A stretch of DNA of 64,000 bases from assembly GCF_006345805.1 (NCBI RefSeq), contig NC_043007.1:52328001-52392000 (forward strand). Direction: 5' to 3'. The position numbers were made by a program, and so were the translations under genes. The notes beneath the pieces were generated by a model. The model saw nothing but the letters and a program-made list of their open reading frames with translations. It had not been told where the DNA came from and did no database searches. Origin of the DNA: Octopus sinensis (taxonomy: Eukaryota). Below are positions 25,001 to 38,938 of the stretch, piece by piece; positions within the stretch are counted from its first letter, which is position 1; every line of letters begins with the position of its first letter.

Positions 25001-27511
25001 TGTAGTGTGATGGATGAAGAGGACAACAGATAAAGAAGCAACGGGAGCAAGAAATACAAAAGGCCTTACCTCGGCGAAATCAGCGGTCTCTCACGAATTC
25101 GACACGTCCTGTCGCTTTGCCGTCTATGCTGGAACTGCCATGCTTCCTCGCTGACCACATGTGCTTCGTCCTTAACCACATCTGCTTCCTGCCATGCATG
25201 CGCCCCTCAGTCTTCTGCGGGCCCCTGCCAGCCCTACTTCCGCCCACCTCATCTGTCATCTTCTCCACCAACACCACATGGCTCATCACGTCCCATAACA
25301 CCGACCACAAACACCACATGCCTCCCCTGATCTACAGATCACTCAACCGGCTTTCCCACTCACTCCTTGCTCCCGAACTCACACCTTAACTGGTTTCATA
25401 ATCAGCCAACTAGGGAGGAGGATGACATTCCCTCTGTGGTCACAGTGTAACCCTAAGACTGGCCTTGGTTCCTGGCATGTTGCTGCTGGCTTCATCATCT
25501 TGTCTACTGATGTTGTCTTCATCTTCTTGCCTACTGTTGTTGTCTTCATCTTCTTGCCCAATGCTGCTGGTTCCATCCTCTGAGGCATGGACAATCTTCC
25601 GTATATCCAAAATGTGGCGTGGCATACCATAGACAGAGATGTTATTCTTCGAATTTATAGAGGTTATTGTTCCCCTTACCCATCGTGATGTACACCGTGC
25701 GTTTTGGGGTTTTACGCAAACTTCTTCTCTCACCTGCATGGTGTGCTCTTCCTCTGCCCCGGGTCACATTGATGCAGTACACGGATGCCTCGACTCGTAC
25801 CTGTGTGGCACTGACTCCTCAGCCTGTCCTGATCTGGGCAACATATTGTACCAAAATATGGCCTGGATTGGTCAAATGTGGCCCCTCTCTGCCATGGTCT
25901 TGATGGTACAATGATGCCTTTCCACCACCCCATTTCCATTGGCCGGTATGCCGCCCTGAAGAAGCGGTTGACCTTCCACCCATCAAGCATTTCTTTCAGC
26001 ACCTCCGAGCGAAATGCAGTGACATTATCCAGAAGCAGTTCATCCATGGGCCTCGTTCCAGGAATATCTCATTCAATACTTTCACAATTTCCTCTGCGGA
26101 CCCCGACTTCATCTCCCTCCATATGGCCAACCGGCCCCGTCCGCAGTCAACCATTGAGAGGTATGTCCCCTGCCGGTAGTGTGTTATGTCCACCGCCAGT
26201 CGTTTCCAGTCGTGGTCCACTGGAATACTTCCCACCTCATGTACGCCTGGAGCAGGGTCGATGGACTGGCACCTGTCACAGCTGCTAACCACTCTCTGCA
26301 CGCTCCATCTTGTTACATCAGAGTCAACTTTTCTGGCTAGGAACAATGTCCCGTCCACCCCCATGTGATGCATGGTATGCAATCTCCGCAACTCTGAGTC
26401 ACTCAGATGGCATACTGCACCTATAGCCTGCTTCGCATCCTCTGGCACCTGCAACCAGGCTCGCTTTACCCTGGTCAGGACGTCCACCCTGTCCTTCTCG
26501 GAAGGCACAAAGATCCCACTCAGCTTCAGATTGAACTCAGTGGTTAGTTCACACAGTATCCCCAATTGATGCTTTACCAGCATCTCTGCAGCCCCTTTGG
26601 TCCGCACCCTCCACTCATTGGTGATGACTGCTGTCACCCAATCAAGTATAGTGGCTGAATCAGTCCTGATTTCTATGGTGCGCAGCCCCCACTTCAAGGC
26701 TAGGTTCACTCCCTTCAATACGGCATCCAATTCCGCCACATTGATATGATTGCAGTCATCCATCTTCCTGAGCCAGGCTGCATCTTTCACCATGATACCT
26801 CCCACTTCTAAGACAACCTCTATTGCGATGCTACTGGCGTCACACCATACAACCTCGCTCTTTGATTTGGAAACATACCAACTGCCCCTCACTGGGTCCT
26901 CTGCTCTTACTCTGACCAAGACTTCCTGTATCATGTCGGTCGTCTTCTCCCCCACTCTATCGTTCCACTTCACTCCTTCAGCTCGTCTCTTGATGAAGCT
27001 ACATGTTGTCCGGAGCCATCCAAGTACAGTGGTATAAAACTTGCTAGGTCGCTTATATCATGGAGCTTTGCCACCAACTTCACCTTCTTCAACTAAGCGA
27101 CTACATCTGTGTCACCGCAAAATGGTTTGATCATCTCATTCGAAATACAGGCACTCATCGTTCTTTTTTTTTTTTTTATGAGCCGAAATAGCTTGTAGTG
27201 TGATGGATGAAGAGGACAACAGAAAAAGAAGCAATGGGAGAAAGAAATACAAAAGGCCTTACCTCGGCGAAATCAGCGGTCTCTCACGAATTCGACACGT
27301 CCTGTCGCTTTGCCGTATATGCTGGAACTGCCACGCTTCCTCGCTGACCATATGTGCTTCGTCCTTAACCACATCCGCTTCCTGCCACGCATGCGCCCCT
27401 CAGTCTTCCGCCAGCCCCTGCCAGCCCTACTTCCGCCCACCTCATCTGTCATCCTCTCCACCAACACCACATAGCTCATCACGTCCCATAACTCCGACCG
27501 CCAACACCACA
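25001..27511 (-). mobile_element. Internally deleted Ty3/Gypsy LTR retrotransposon with both LTRs and 5-bp TSD
   Basis: LTRs are 25001-25318 and 27194-27511 (TGTAGTG...CACCACA). TSD GAATA at 24996-25000 and 27512-27516. PPT AGGGGAGG lies next to the 3' LTR. The gag N-terminus is fused to RNase H-integrase. Confidence 0.9.
25640..26973 (-). pseudogene. pol: Gypsy pol remnant: RNase H and integrase
   Basis: VWCDASSIAI..HINVAELDAV..IRTDS (RNase H); HTMHHMG..CDRC (zinc finger); LAVDITHY..LLLDNVTAFRS (integrase core). Confidence 0.88.
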
Positions 27512-27970
27512 GAATACATACAAACCCTATTTGATTTCAGAATCAACGTCTCTACTTGGTGATTCTAGTCTCAACTTAATTCTGTTTCTTCACTCCAGGA
27601 ATAAAGTAGTTTCATAACTACATCCCCTGTTTCTCTATATAGTTAATTACCTATTGGAGATAGTAAAACCTCCCTCAAACCACATATTACCATCTTAAAT
27701 ATTTCATTCTTGGTTAAGAGTAACAGAAAGAGCGGTGCTCATGTCATTTGCAGGGCTTACTTAAACAAGTGAAATTGGGTCTGTTAATGTGTAACTTGTT
27801 GTAAACTGATGACGACAGGGAAAAGAATAAAGAAAGGTATTTCAACAATGATCCCATTATACAAAAAGATAGTGTGTGTGTGTGTGTATAGATAAATAGA
27901 TATAACATATAATCCATGATATGTAATCCATCATCATCAGGTAAAATTTTAAACAGGTGAGATTTCTTAC

Positions 27971-28200
27971 ATGAACCTGAACAAATTCAGTATCAGTTGG
28001 ATCAGTGGCTCATTCAGATTTAACATTCAATTATATAGAAGAATTCTCCTATATGTGGTCTGCAACATAAAGTGCATGAAGGGGGACTGTAAGAACCAGA
28101 ATACAACGTACATTGGGAAGACTTCTAGGAGTTTAGCAGAGAGATTAAATGTACATTGGTGGGAGTATGATGACAGGTAACAGTTGTCTATACTCTATCA
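27971..28200 (+). pseudogene. Penelope-type GIY-YIG fragment
   Basis: VVCNIKCMKGDC..TTYIGKTSRSLAERLNVH. Confidence 0.6.
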
Positions 28201-28229
28201 GCATGCCAGAGATCAACATAGTGACATGC

Positions 28230-31094
28230 TGAGCCAAATCAGCATCAATCTGAGTCACTCAGATGGCATACTGCTGCCACAGCCTGCTTCGCATTCTCTG
28301 GCACCTGCAACCTGGCTTCTGGTCAGGACGTCTGCCCTGTTCTTCTTAGAAGGCACAAAGATCCCACTCAGCTTCAGATCGAACTCAGTGGTTAGTTCAT
28401 ACAGTATCCCGAATCAACGCTTTATCAACATCTCTGCAGCCCCTTTGGTTTGCACCCTCCGCTCATTGGTGATGATTATTGTCACCCAACCAAGTACAGT
28501 GGCCGAATCAGTCCTAATTTCTATGGTGTGCAGCCCCCACTTCAAGGCTAGGTTCACTCACTTCAACATAGCATCCAATTCCGCCACTTTGAAATGGTTG
28601 CAGTCATCTGTCTTCCTGAGCCAGGCTGCATCTGTTACCATGACGCCTCCCACTTCCAAGACAACCTCTATTGCGATGCTACTGGCATCACGCCATACAA
28701 TCCCGCTCTTTGATTTGGGAACATACCAACTGCCCCTCACTGGATCCTCTGCTCTCACTCTGACCAAGACTTCCTGTATCATGTTGATTGTCTTCTCCCC
28801 CACTCTATCGTTCCACTTTGCTCATTCGGCTCATCTCTTGATGAAGCTACATGCTGTCCGGAGCCATCCTGCAATAGGGTAGTGTCCCATCAGCTTTCCA
28901 CACACTGAGAACAGCTGATGCCCAGTTTGGGGATCTCATTCCCTCGCCAGAACACCAACGTGCTGGCTTTGTCTCTCCATAGCTTGAGGCCTAGTGCAGC
29001 GCCTCCCTCCATCGCCTTTGGTGGCTTGGCGATCAGTCCAAAACTCTTCAGGTGGCCTATGACCTCAGTTGCTGGCATTACGGTTTCATCCACCAGAATG
29101 ACATCAATGTACGAATTGGTGGCTCTTTTTACTCAGTCCACCTTTCCCAGGATGGCCTTGAGAATTGTTGCCATAATCTTTGGCGCTGAATTTAGCTGGA
29201 ACCCCAGCCTGGTCAGACAGTATGTCCGGCCCTTATACCTGACAAGCTCATGCTTCCAGAGTCTCTCAGCCACATGCACTGACTTCAAATCGATGATCGT
29301 GGAGGCCCCTGTTATCTGCCTCCACTCTCGCTAGGTGTCCCTGCAGACATCTGTGGCCTCACCACCTGTATGACATGATACATGGTCATTCAGCTCTCAG
29401 AAGTCAAGCATTGGCCTGACCTTATGCTTTGTGAGCTGTACCACCGCCATCAGCGGCAGGACCCTGCTGTCTACTTCTTCTTCCGAAGGGATCAATATGC
29501 CCTCCTTAATCCACTGCTCCCCCTCCCCTCGAACTCACTTCTGGCATCTCCTTTCAAAGTATGCTGATAGCAGCCCACTTTATTTTTTAATATTGGGGGC
29601 TCTCCCTTCCAGTGCCACTCCACTGTCCACCTCTGGCTATCGAAGACAGTACGAAAGTCCTGGTCTTCAATGGTGTGTGCAGCATACTTTTCTTCGTGGT
29701 TCTCACCAATGCACAGTCTTGCCAAACACGGTTTGCCCGCAAACCCGAACATTGCACCGGCCTTGGTGACAGTGACACCTCCTAAACGGGTGATTGCATC
29801 CATCCCTATCACCACATCAATCTCGTCCACCAAGTGGCCAACTGCAATTGCTCGCAGCGTCAGCTTTGTTCCCTGCACCACAATCTGCGCATCTGTAATG
29901 CCTTCACAGTGTTCCTCTCTTCCGTCGACTGCCCTTACATTGCTTTCTCCACTTCACGTCTCTACTATTTCTGGAATTATCAGGGTCGTCGTACAGCCCG
30001 TGTCAATAAGGGCTCGCAGGTAACGATAAACATGCCTTCATATTGATATGAAGGGATAACTACTGTGTAGTAGTGTCCCTTAGACCGTTTCCCTGTAGAC
30101 ATTCGCTGGTTATATGTCCTGTTTCTCGACACTGGTCAGTAAATGACCTCAAGCTTGGGTGACTTGCAGTCTCGTACCATGTGCGGGACCTGACACCGGA
30201 AACACTGTCCTTTGAATGGTCGCACACGTTCCTTGTTTGACCCCTCTCTGCTACTCCTTGCTTGATCAATTTTTGTTTTTGCAGTCACTGCTACCGGCGT
30301 CATCCTGCAACACGAAACTAGCACGCGAGCCTGACCGACATGTGGTCAGGAAAACCAGTCACAAACGCTAACTTAACCGTTCAGTTCAGTAATTCGCCTT
30401 CATATCCCGCCAGTTTAGCCAATCTTCTGAGTTAGTTCGCAAATACGTCGACTTGTTCGCCGGTCCACTTTGCTTTCCCCAGGCGAGCGTACACTTCGAA
30501 CATTTCTTCTGCAAAGGCCTCCCTCAAACGGATTTCTATTTTTTCCACGCTAAGTTGGTCCCTTTCTTCCATTTCTAGGTATAGCGCCAACACTGAACCA
30601 TCTAGGTACAGTGGTATAAAACTCACTAAGTCATTTATACCGTGGAGTTTCGCAACCAACTTCATCTTCTTCATCCAAGTGACTACATCCGTATCACCGG
30701 AAAACGGTTTGACCATATTGTTTGAAATACGGACTACACTCATCATCGTTTTTTTTTTTGTTGTTTTTTTTAATTGGCCAAAAAGCTTGTAGTGTGATGG
30801 TGGAAAAAGACAACAGAAAAAGAAGCAAAAGGGAGAAAGAAATACAGAGACCTTACCTGTTGACCTAGGCAGGATGAGCGATCACTGTCAAGAAAAAACA
30901 CGTCCTTGCACGCAGCCGTCTCTCATCAAACTGCCCTATGTGTTTTTTGCCCACGCATGCCCCCGTAGCTCTTCCACTGGCCCCCGTAGCTCTTCCACCG
31001 GCCCCTGCAGTCTTCACTTCCATTTACCTCATCTGCAATCCTCTCCTCCAACACCACATAGCTCATCACAGCCCATAACACCACAAACACCACA
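28230..31094 (-). mobile_element. Second related Gypsy element (5' LTR, gag, protease, RT and RNase H remnants; 3' part missing)
   Basis: LTR 30788-31094; gag MSVVRISNNMVKPFSGD; zinc knuckles CFRCQVPHMVRDC and CRETGHITSEC; protease region VVIGMDAI; RT and RNase H fragments. Confidence 0.85.
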
Positions 31095-31949
31095 GATCCC
31101 TTCTCGTTGTTGCAGTCTCTGCTAGCTGTGTCATCCTGCAACACAAGGCAATGACTGTGGCTTATGATATTACCTCTCCCATCACCATGGAGTGAATATT
31201 CAGCAGCTTTTGCAGTTTGACTGACATGTGGTCAGGAAATCCAGTCACAAATGCTAATTTGAATGTTTGTTCCAGTGCCTCGTCCTTGTATCCTGCAAGT
31301 TTGGGCAATCTCCTGATTTCGTTTGCAAACACATCGACCTGTTCACCCATCCACTTTGCTTTCCCCAGTTGACCGCCTCCATCAGCCAGATTCCTATTTT
31401 TTCTGTGCTTAACTGGTCCTTCTCCTCCATTTCCAGATGTAGTGCCAATGCCAATCCATCAAGGCACAATGGTATGAAACTCACTAGGTTATCTATGCCA
31501 TGGAGTTTAGCCACCAACTTAATTTGTTTTCAACCAAGTGGTAACATTTCCCTCACTACAAGATGGCCTAACTATCTTGTTCGGAATTTTTTTTTTTTTT
31601 GAGCCTAAATAACTTGTGATGTGAAGGAGGAAAAGACAGAAGCAGAGGGAGAATTACGGTGGTCTTACCTGTCTATCAAGAAGGGGTCACTCACAATGTC
31701 TATGTGCTCTGTCTGCCACCGTACTGTCAATGTGGAAGGGGTCACTCACAGCATCCACGTGCTCTGTCTGCCACTGTACTGTCTGACAGGTCTACTCTCA
31801 TATGCTGTCTGCTGCCAACTGACTGCTCACGCTTTGCCGACCCTGCAAACCGTATTGGTGGGACCTGCAGGCCCCACTTCCGATAGGACATGCATACTCC
31901 CTCACTTCCAGTCCTTCTCTCTAAACACAGCCTGGGTCATAACACCACA
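31095..31949 (-). mobile_element. Third, more diverged Gypsy relative (5' LTR and gag N-terminus)
   Basis: LTR 31615-31949 (TGTGATG...CACCACA). The gag VAKLHGIDNLVSFIPL and EQVDVFANEIRRL matches the second element. Confidence 0.75.
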
Positions 31950-32707
31950 TTTACAAATTTAAATATTCGGTACTAGATAGTTTGGCATTATTGCGCTTGA
32001 ACCCGTACACGTCATTAATTTTCCTAAAAATTTTTTATTTATTTACTATTTTTGCAGTGTTCAGCTCTATGAAATTGTAGTCAGTCACACACACACGCAT
32101 GCACGCACGTACGCACACACACACACACACACACACGTATGTTTTTGTATGTACGTTTGTATATATTTATGTATGTGTGTGTGTGTGAGAGAGAGAAAGA
32201 GAGAGTGATTGAAAGGGTGTTGTCATGTATACGTACATACATTAATACATATGCATACATCTTTTATGTATGTATCTGTGCATGTGTGTGTGTGAGACAG
32301 AGAGAGTGATGTCGAAGTGGTACTCTCTCTCTCAAACACACACGTCCATTTCATATACACTACATGCATCTTTCACTTCTCTCTTTCACTTTAAAACAAA
32401 AGTAAAACATTTTTATGGAAATTAATGAACAAAACCAGCTGTTCATTTTAGCACTTCTGAGGGTTCAACCAAAAGAATGCTGATAGATTTTAACAAGCTT
32501 TTATTTGTATGATTTTTTTCATTTCATATTTATTTCATTCATTGTTTGCAATGTTCTCTCTCCCATTCTCTTTCTCCATCTCTCGCCTGCACACACACAT
32601 CTCTATTAACAGTTGTTTAAAAAATAACTTGTCAGCATTCTCCTTCTTCATATACACGGAAATCACATTTGGTTAAAATGGCTTATTGATGTGTTTTGTT
32701 TCTCTTT

Positions 32708-32795
32708 TTTTCCCTGACGAGATGATTGCATTGTTTTACATCATTTCATTCCCTCCGGAATAATATAAATGTTTTCTTCAAAAACGTATGTCGGA
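32708..32795 (+). ncRNA. Degenerate hammerhead related to the 17.2-kb family
   Basis: TCC-CTGACGA...cattccctccggaat...ttc-AAAAAC-GTAT-GTC-GGA; the G of GAAA appears mutated. Confidence 0.45.
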
Positions 32796-33679
32796 CTTCA
32801 AAAATAATATGTTTTCTTCAAAATGGATGTATAAAGATTTGAATAACACCTGCATTTGACTCCATTTTTTAATTTATCAGTGTTATACAAAAATATTTCA
32901 TTTAACCCTGGAATTTCTACCTTTATAAGTAGGCTGTAATATTTTTGGCACTTATGTGAATTTTTGCTACCCTGGTAACTATTTTTTTCCCATGTTATTT
33001 GTACACATTGAAAATAAATACACACACACACACATAATAGAAATATTATTTCTAAATCTCTCAAAGAGAGATATACAGTAGCATCACCATAAAGGAATGA
33101 CCTTTTTCCAACATAATGTGGCAGTCCCAGGATGGGACGAATGCCACTGTTATTTAGCCCCAGAAAACATCGTTTCCAACTGGCTATACGACACAAAAAA
33201 TTCTGTATCCTTATATTTTCTAACAGGGAAGCTCAGTACTTCCACCCAGCACAACTTCGCATCCATGGACTGGTTTCTGGGTTATTGCTCCTTATCAGCA
33301 TGGAGTAACTTGGTTGGCTAGATGTTGCTACTGAACTGCTGCTGAAAATATATAGATTTCAAAGTGACACACAGTCACTGATCTGCATAATAGAAATATT
33401 ATTATTTTTAAATCTCTCTACAAGAGAGATATACAGTAACAGCACCATAAAGTAATGACTTTTTGCCAACATAATGTGGCAGTCCTAGGATGGGATGAAT
33501 GCTACTGTTATTGAAGATCAGTGACTGTGGTGAGAAAGGATCTGCAGACGTTGGGCCTCACTGAGGAGATGACAAGTGATTGACACTTCTGGTGATTTAC
33601 TGTGCTTGAAAACACACATCAAGTTAAGTAAAATTGTGGCCATCCATGCATGCTGGCTAGTTCTGTATAGCCTGCACTA

Positions 33680-33985
33680 TGTAAAAAGCACTTGTGCCGG
33701 CACCACATAAGATGCAGTCACCACATAAAAAGCACTCATACCACTGTCACATACTGTGCACTCATACCAGCCCCACATAAAATGCACTCGTACCTACACC
33801 TAGTAAAAAGCACTGATGCCAGCACCATGTAAAGGTACTCATGCCAATACCACATGAGAAACCTCCAAGCTGACACCACATAAAAGAGCACTCATGCCAG
33901 CACCATGTTAAAAGCACTCATGCCAGTGCCACATACAAGTACTTGTGTCAGATCGACATAAAAAGCACCCAGTACACTCTGTAAA
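33680..33985. repeat. About 25-bp degenerate tandem repeat (aaaagcactcatgccagcaccacat), followed by a SINE-like tail
   Basis: Directly visible repeated units. Confidence 0.7.
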
Positions 33986-35102
33986 GTGATTAGCATTGGG
34001 GGGGGGGGGTATCCAGCCATACCAAAATAGACAAATGGAGCCTGAACAGCTCTCCGACTGGTCAACCCCTTGTCAAACCATGAATCCCATGCCAGCATGG
34101 AAAACAGACATTAAATGATGTGTGTGTGTGTTTACGATCATCATTACAACATTTTAATGTTCATTGTCTATACTGGCGTGTATTAGGTGATTTGATAAGA
34201 TTTGATGAGTTGGAGAAATGTGTTCAGCAGCTTTTGCATAGTCTCCATAGCTGGATGTCCTTCCTTACATCAACCACTTTACAGAGTGTGTTGGGTGTTT
34301 CTTGTGACACTAGAACTAGTGAGGTTGCCAAGTAACTCACAAGTCAAAGAAAAAGACCTCCTCAACTGAGTAGAGATGTAGTGGAGAGGGGGGGTAGATG
34401 TTGAGAAGTTAAATATGATTCAAGGAGTGGAACAGGTGTTTTGCTGTTGAGGAGATACATGGCTGTCCTGCATTATATGGCTGCTTCTTTAGTGTTGGTG
34501 TCATAAAAATGCCCACTATACAGTCTGCAAAGGCTGTGAGGTCTCTTTAATTATGTTGAGGACATGACACATCTCAAGTGTTGCTGCTAGGAAATAAGTA
34601 CCAAGTACATTCTGTAAAGCGGTTGGTACTAGGAAGGACATCCAGCTGTAACAACCAAGATAAAAATGAAACATGCAAGCATAATTTGTGTAGCATTCCA
34701 GAATGTATGCTGATTCTGACTGTAGCAACCTGTCCAACCATGTCAGCATGAAAAGTAACAATATGACACTGATGATAACAACAATGATAATGATAACAAT
34801 ATATGTACATGATATGTGTGTGCGTGTGCGTGTGCATGCATGTATGTTTACTCACAAAACATGAAAGAAAAGACAGAAAAGGAGAAACGAGAGCAACATA
34901 GTGAACAGTAATCTCATATAGAGTTTCAAAAAGTGTGACCTCCTTCATACTGATAAGAAATATCTAAGTGGGGTGTGAAACAAAGGTCATTATTACTGGA
35001 CAGTAGAGAATTGGCATTGATTGATATGGGGGCATTGATTAGCTGTTAGAGACAAACATATATAAAGACCTTTATAGAGTCCTATATAATGACCTACATC
35101 CC

Positions 35103-35157
<55 letters not shown>

Positions 35158-36221
35158 GTACATACACCCATACATATATACATACATACATATATCTATA
35201 TCTACATCTATCAATCTACATACTTACATACATACATAAATACGTACATTCATATATACATACCTACACACACACACACACACGCACTTACACACACACG
35301 TTTTTCTAAAGAACGATATATATATATTATTATATAATAATAAATGCCAAAACAAATTTCTGTGTGTCAGTGTGTCACACTTTGACCCAGTCTCTCACTA
35401 TTCAATGACGCTTCTTCTACTCTTCTTTCTGGGGTGATAGTAAATAGTATGAGCTGTAGTTGTGATAAAGGTGGAGGTGATGGTGATGGTGATGGTGGTG
35501 GTGGTAGCTGAGGCAGTCAAGCATGACAGTGATAGTAAGGGATGTGAAAGGCAATAGTGATGGTGGTGGAGAGGAAGGCAGCGAAGTCAAAGGTGTTGAT
35601 GGTGGTTGGCATCAAAAGTCTGAATGGTGTATGTATGGCAGTTGTGGTGGTAATGTTGGTTGTACTGGTGATAGTGATGGTTGAAAACAATCAACAGAAA
35701 GAGAGAGAGAGAGAGAGAAAGTAAGAGGTTAGACAGAAAAAAAATTGTACTGACCCCCCCCCCCCCCGATGAATTTCATGTTCTTTTTTGCTGCACATTG
35801 CTAGTGGAGTGGCCATGCTTACACTGTAAATCCAGAAAGAAAACGGGCATGATCAGGCTCAAACTTTGATCACGTGACCACAATAGTACCAACTATAAGC
35901 AAGCATGCGCAGAAGGCACTGTGACAATAATGAAGATATATTATGGCGAAAGTGCGGATAATTTTTGACTTCCCCTCGTATGTATATGCATATGCAAGTA
36001 TATTTCTTTGTGAGTGTGTCAGTGTATGTGAATGTATGTAAGTGAATGTATATATGTGAATGCATGAGCATTTCAGTGTGTGTTTGTGTTAGTATGTGTG
36101 TGAGTCTGTCTGTCTTTGTTCCAGTGTAACAGCCTGTTACTCCCAGAAATAGTTTTCTATAGGAAACAAATGGATAATCAATATAGTTATGTCAACTGTC
36201 AGGTGGGGCAAGGAAAGAGAA

Positions 36222-36252
<31 letters not shown>

Positions 36253-36829
36253 TTGACATTGTTGAAAAGTTTATTCACCTTACCCTGTTAAGCTCCAGCT
36301 ACTTTTCCAGAGAATAATCTCTCTCTTTCTCTTTCTCAGTATCTCTCCCTTTCTGTTTTTTCCAATCTCTCTTTTCTCTCTGTCTCTGTCTCTGTCTTTT
36401 TTTGTATCCTCCCTCGCCCTCTCTTTTCTACTTTTCTCTTCTGTGGTGTTGTTTAGCTCCAGACCAATCCTAATTGAGCAGATATATGATCTAAGGTATT
36501 CCAACCAAGAGCACCCCATCTTTGCAAGGATATGTAGGACTACATTAGCTAATGTCCCCTAATGTTATGGTATGATTTTGATGGGTGTTTGGCTGCTATT
36601 TCTTGCTAATCAGGCAATAGAATTTTCCAAAAGTTTCTTACTCTTGGGGCACCCTTGAAATACTTAACCCAAGAAACAATAGCTATTATAGATATTTATA
36701 AATCTCTTTATTAACAGTTTTTGAATACTTAATCTGAGTCATGAAGAAGGTTGAAGAAATTTCATTTTAACCAACATCTTATTTAGAACAGATTTCCCTT
36801 CAATTCTCCATTAAGAAGTTATTTTTCTC

Positions 36830-38902
36830 TATAGAGGCTCCTTACTGTCTACAACTCTGGGGATGTGAATACTATACTCCAGAGTATCCTGGACTCAATA
36901 TGGGCAGCATGTGCAGCATCAGTGCCACGTAAACAGAAAAAGAAGAACTACCCCAAAAGGGCAATTTGGGAAACTTCAGCGGTCCGACTTGCCAGGAAGG
37001 AACGTCGGACTGCTGAATGGGAATACAAGTTGCATAAATCAGACACCAACAGGAAGAAGCGGAATAAATCTTCCAACCATCTCAAGCAAGTGACAAAAAA
37101 AGCAGTGCTTGAATTTGAACAGTGCATAGCAGCCAATCCTGACAGCAAGGTTTTCTGGAAATATGTGCATTCAAAGCAGAGACCTCACTCTCCAGTGGGC
37201 CCTCTTCGCAACCCTCACACAAACCAGATCACTGACGACCCCAAGGAATGCGCAGAACTCACTGCCGAGTGCCATGCAAACATATTCACTGTTGAAAGTC
37301 AAAATGTACCATCTTCACCATCACTAACAGCAAATTCCATAACAACTATGGAATTTACACCTGCAATGCTGCGACGTCACCTTCAAAATAAGCGCAACTA
37401 TGCCTCCCCTGGTCTCGATGGAGTTACATACCTGCTTCTCAAACGTGGTTGGTACTTCCTTTTACACCAGCTTTCTATTTTATTCCAGTACTGTCTCAAC
37501 AATGGTGCTACTCCGGAGCAGTGGAAAACTGCCAGTGTCATTCCTCTGTTCAAAAAGGGCGACCGCACATCACCTGTCAACTATCGCCCAGTCAGTCTCA
37601 CTAGCTGTATTGCAAAACTGATGGAATCGTGTGTCAGAGAAACACTCTGGAACTTCTGGAGCTCTCACAGTCTCATCCGACGCTCACAATATGGATTTGT
37701 CCCTAACTCCAGCTGCAGTGATCAGCTTGTCGAGTTCCTTGAGGACATTACTCAGATCACTGACAGTGGCTCATGGGTGGATGTTGTCTACCTTGACTTT
37801 GCTACACAAAAGGCTTATGGTGAAACTCTCTGCAATGGGTGTGAGGGATGACCTTTTTAACTGGTTGAAATCCTTCATTCTCAGCCGAAAGGAGGTAGTC
37901 ACAGTTCTAGGACAGCATTCTACACCATATGAGATGTCATCGGGTGTACCACAGGGATCTGTCCTTGGTCCCCTCTTGTTTGTGGCATACATTAATGACA
38001 TAGATGCCAATTTAAAGAATGCCACAGTATTGAAATATGTAGACGACATCAAGCTGTACCTTGAAATCAAGAGGACAGATCCTGATGTCTACAGCTCTTT
38101 CCTGCAATCAGACCTAGACACAATGTAGCAATGGATCACAGACTGGCAACTGAAACTGGCTGTGGACAAGTGTACCACCATGCATTTTGGGAGAAAAAAC
38201 CCTGCGTCCACATACTCCCTCCACAACACTGATATCAAGAAATCCTCCTGCGAGCGTGATCTAGGCATCACTGTCAGCAGTGATTTGCGTTGGACAAAGC
38301 ATATCTCTAAAATTGTCAAGAAGGCCGAGGGTGTCTTGGCATCACTCAGCAACACTTTTGTTAGCCGCTCTCCAGCCATCTATTTAAAACTGTATGCAGC
38401 TATGGTACGACCACACTTGGAATTCGCATCATCAGTTTGGAACCCCTATCTTGCTCAGAACATTGACCTCCTGGAATCTGTCCAGAGATGTGCAACCAAA
38501 CGCATACCCTCCATCAGACACCTACCATATTCTGAGTGCCTTGTTTCCCTGGGCATGGATTCACTGAAGCTCCGGCGTCTGGCGACGGACTTTGTAAACA
38601 CCCACAAAGTTATCAACCACCTCACCAACAACAACACTGAACACCTTTTTGATCTCCATGTGTCTAACACACGTGGACATGCCTACAAAGTCAGAAAACA
38701 ACACAGCTCCCATGACTTTCGGAAACATTTTTTCACGCTCAGAGTTGCTGAAGCATGGAATAAACTGCCTGCGTCAGTTGTTGACTGCCATGACACTGCA
38801 TCCTTTAAGGCCCTCATGCTTTCCAAAATCCGCCGAAACTACACCTGATTATATATACACTTTAGATGAGTTGTAGTGCACCTGAGCACTGTACACAATT
38901 AA

Positions 38903-38935
<33 letters not shown>
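36830..38935 (+). mobile_element. CR1/L2-type LINE, 5'-truncated, RT domain present but disrupted
   Basis: SPGLDG, WKTASVIPLFKKG, NYRPVSLTS, QYGF, VYLDF, SGVPQGSVLGPLLF and YVDD. Frameshift near 37800, TAG at 38126-38128, (TAT)n tail. Confidence 0.92.

Positions 38936-38938
<3 letters not shown>

Noticed and set aside
27145-31615. PBS sequence ATTTAGGCTC matching the tRNA-Leu(UAG) anticodon arm, or self-priming by an LTR sequence
   Set aside because: The match is in the same sense rather than complementary, and I found no complementary stretch in the LTR by eye.
35950-35985. Isolated mariner-like TIR fragments (also 46274-46310)
   Set aside because: They are too short and unpaired to call as elements.
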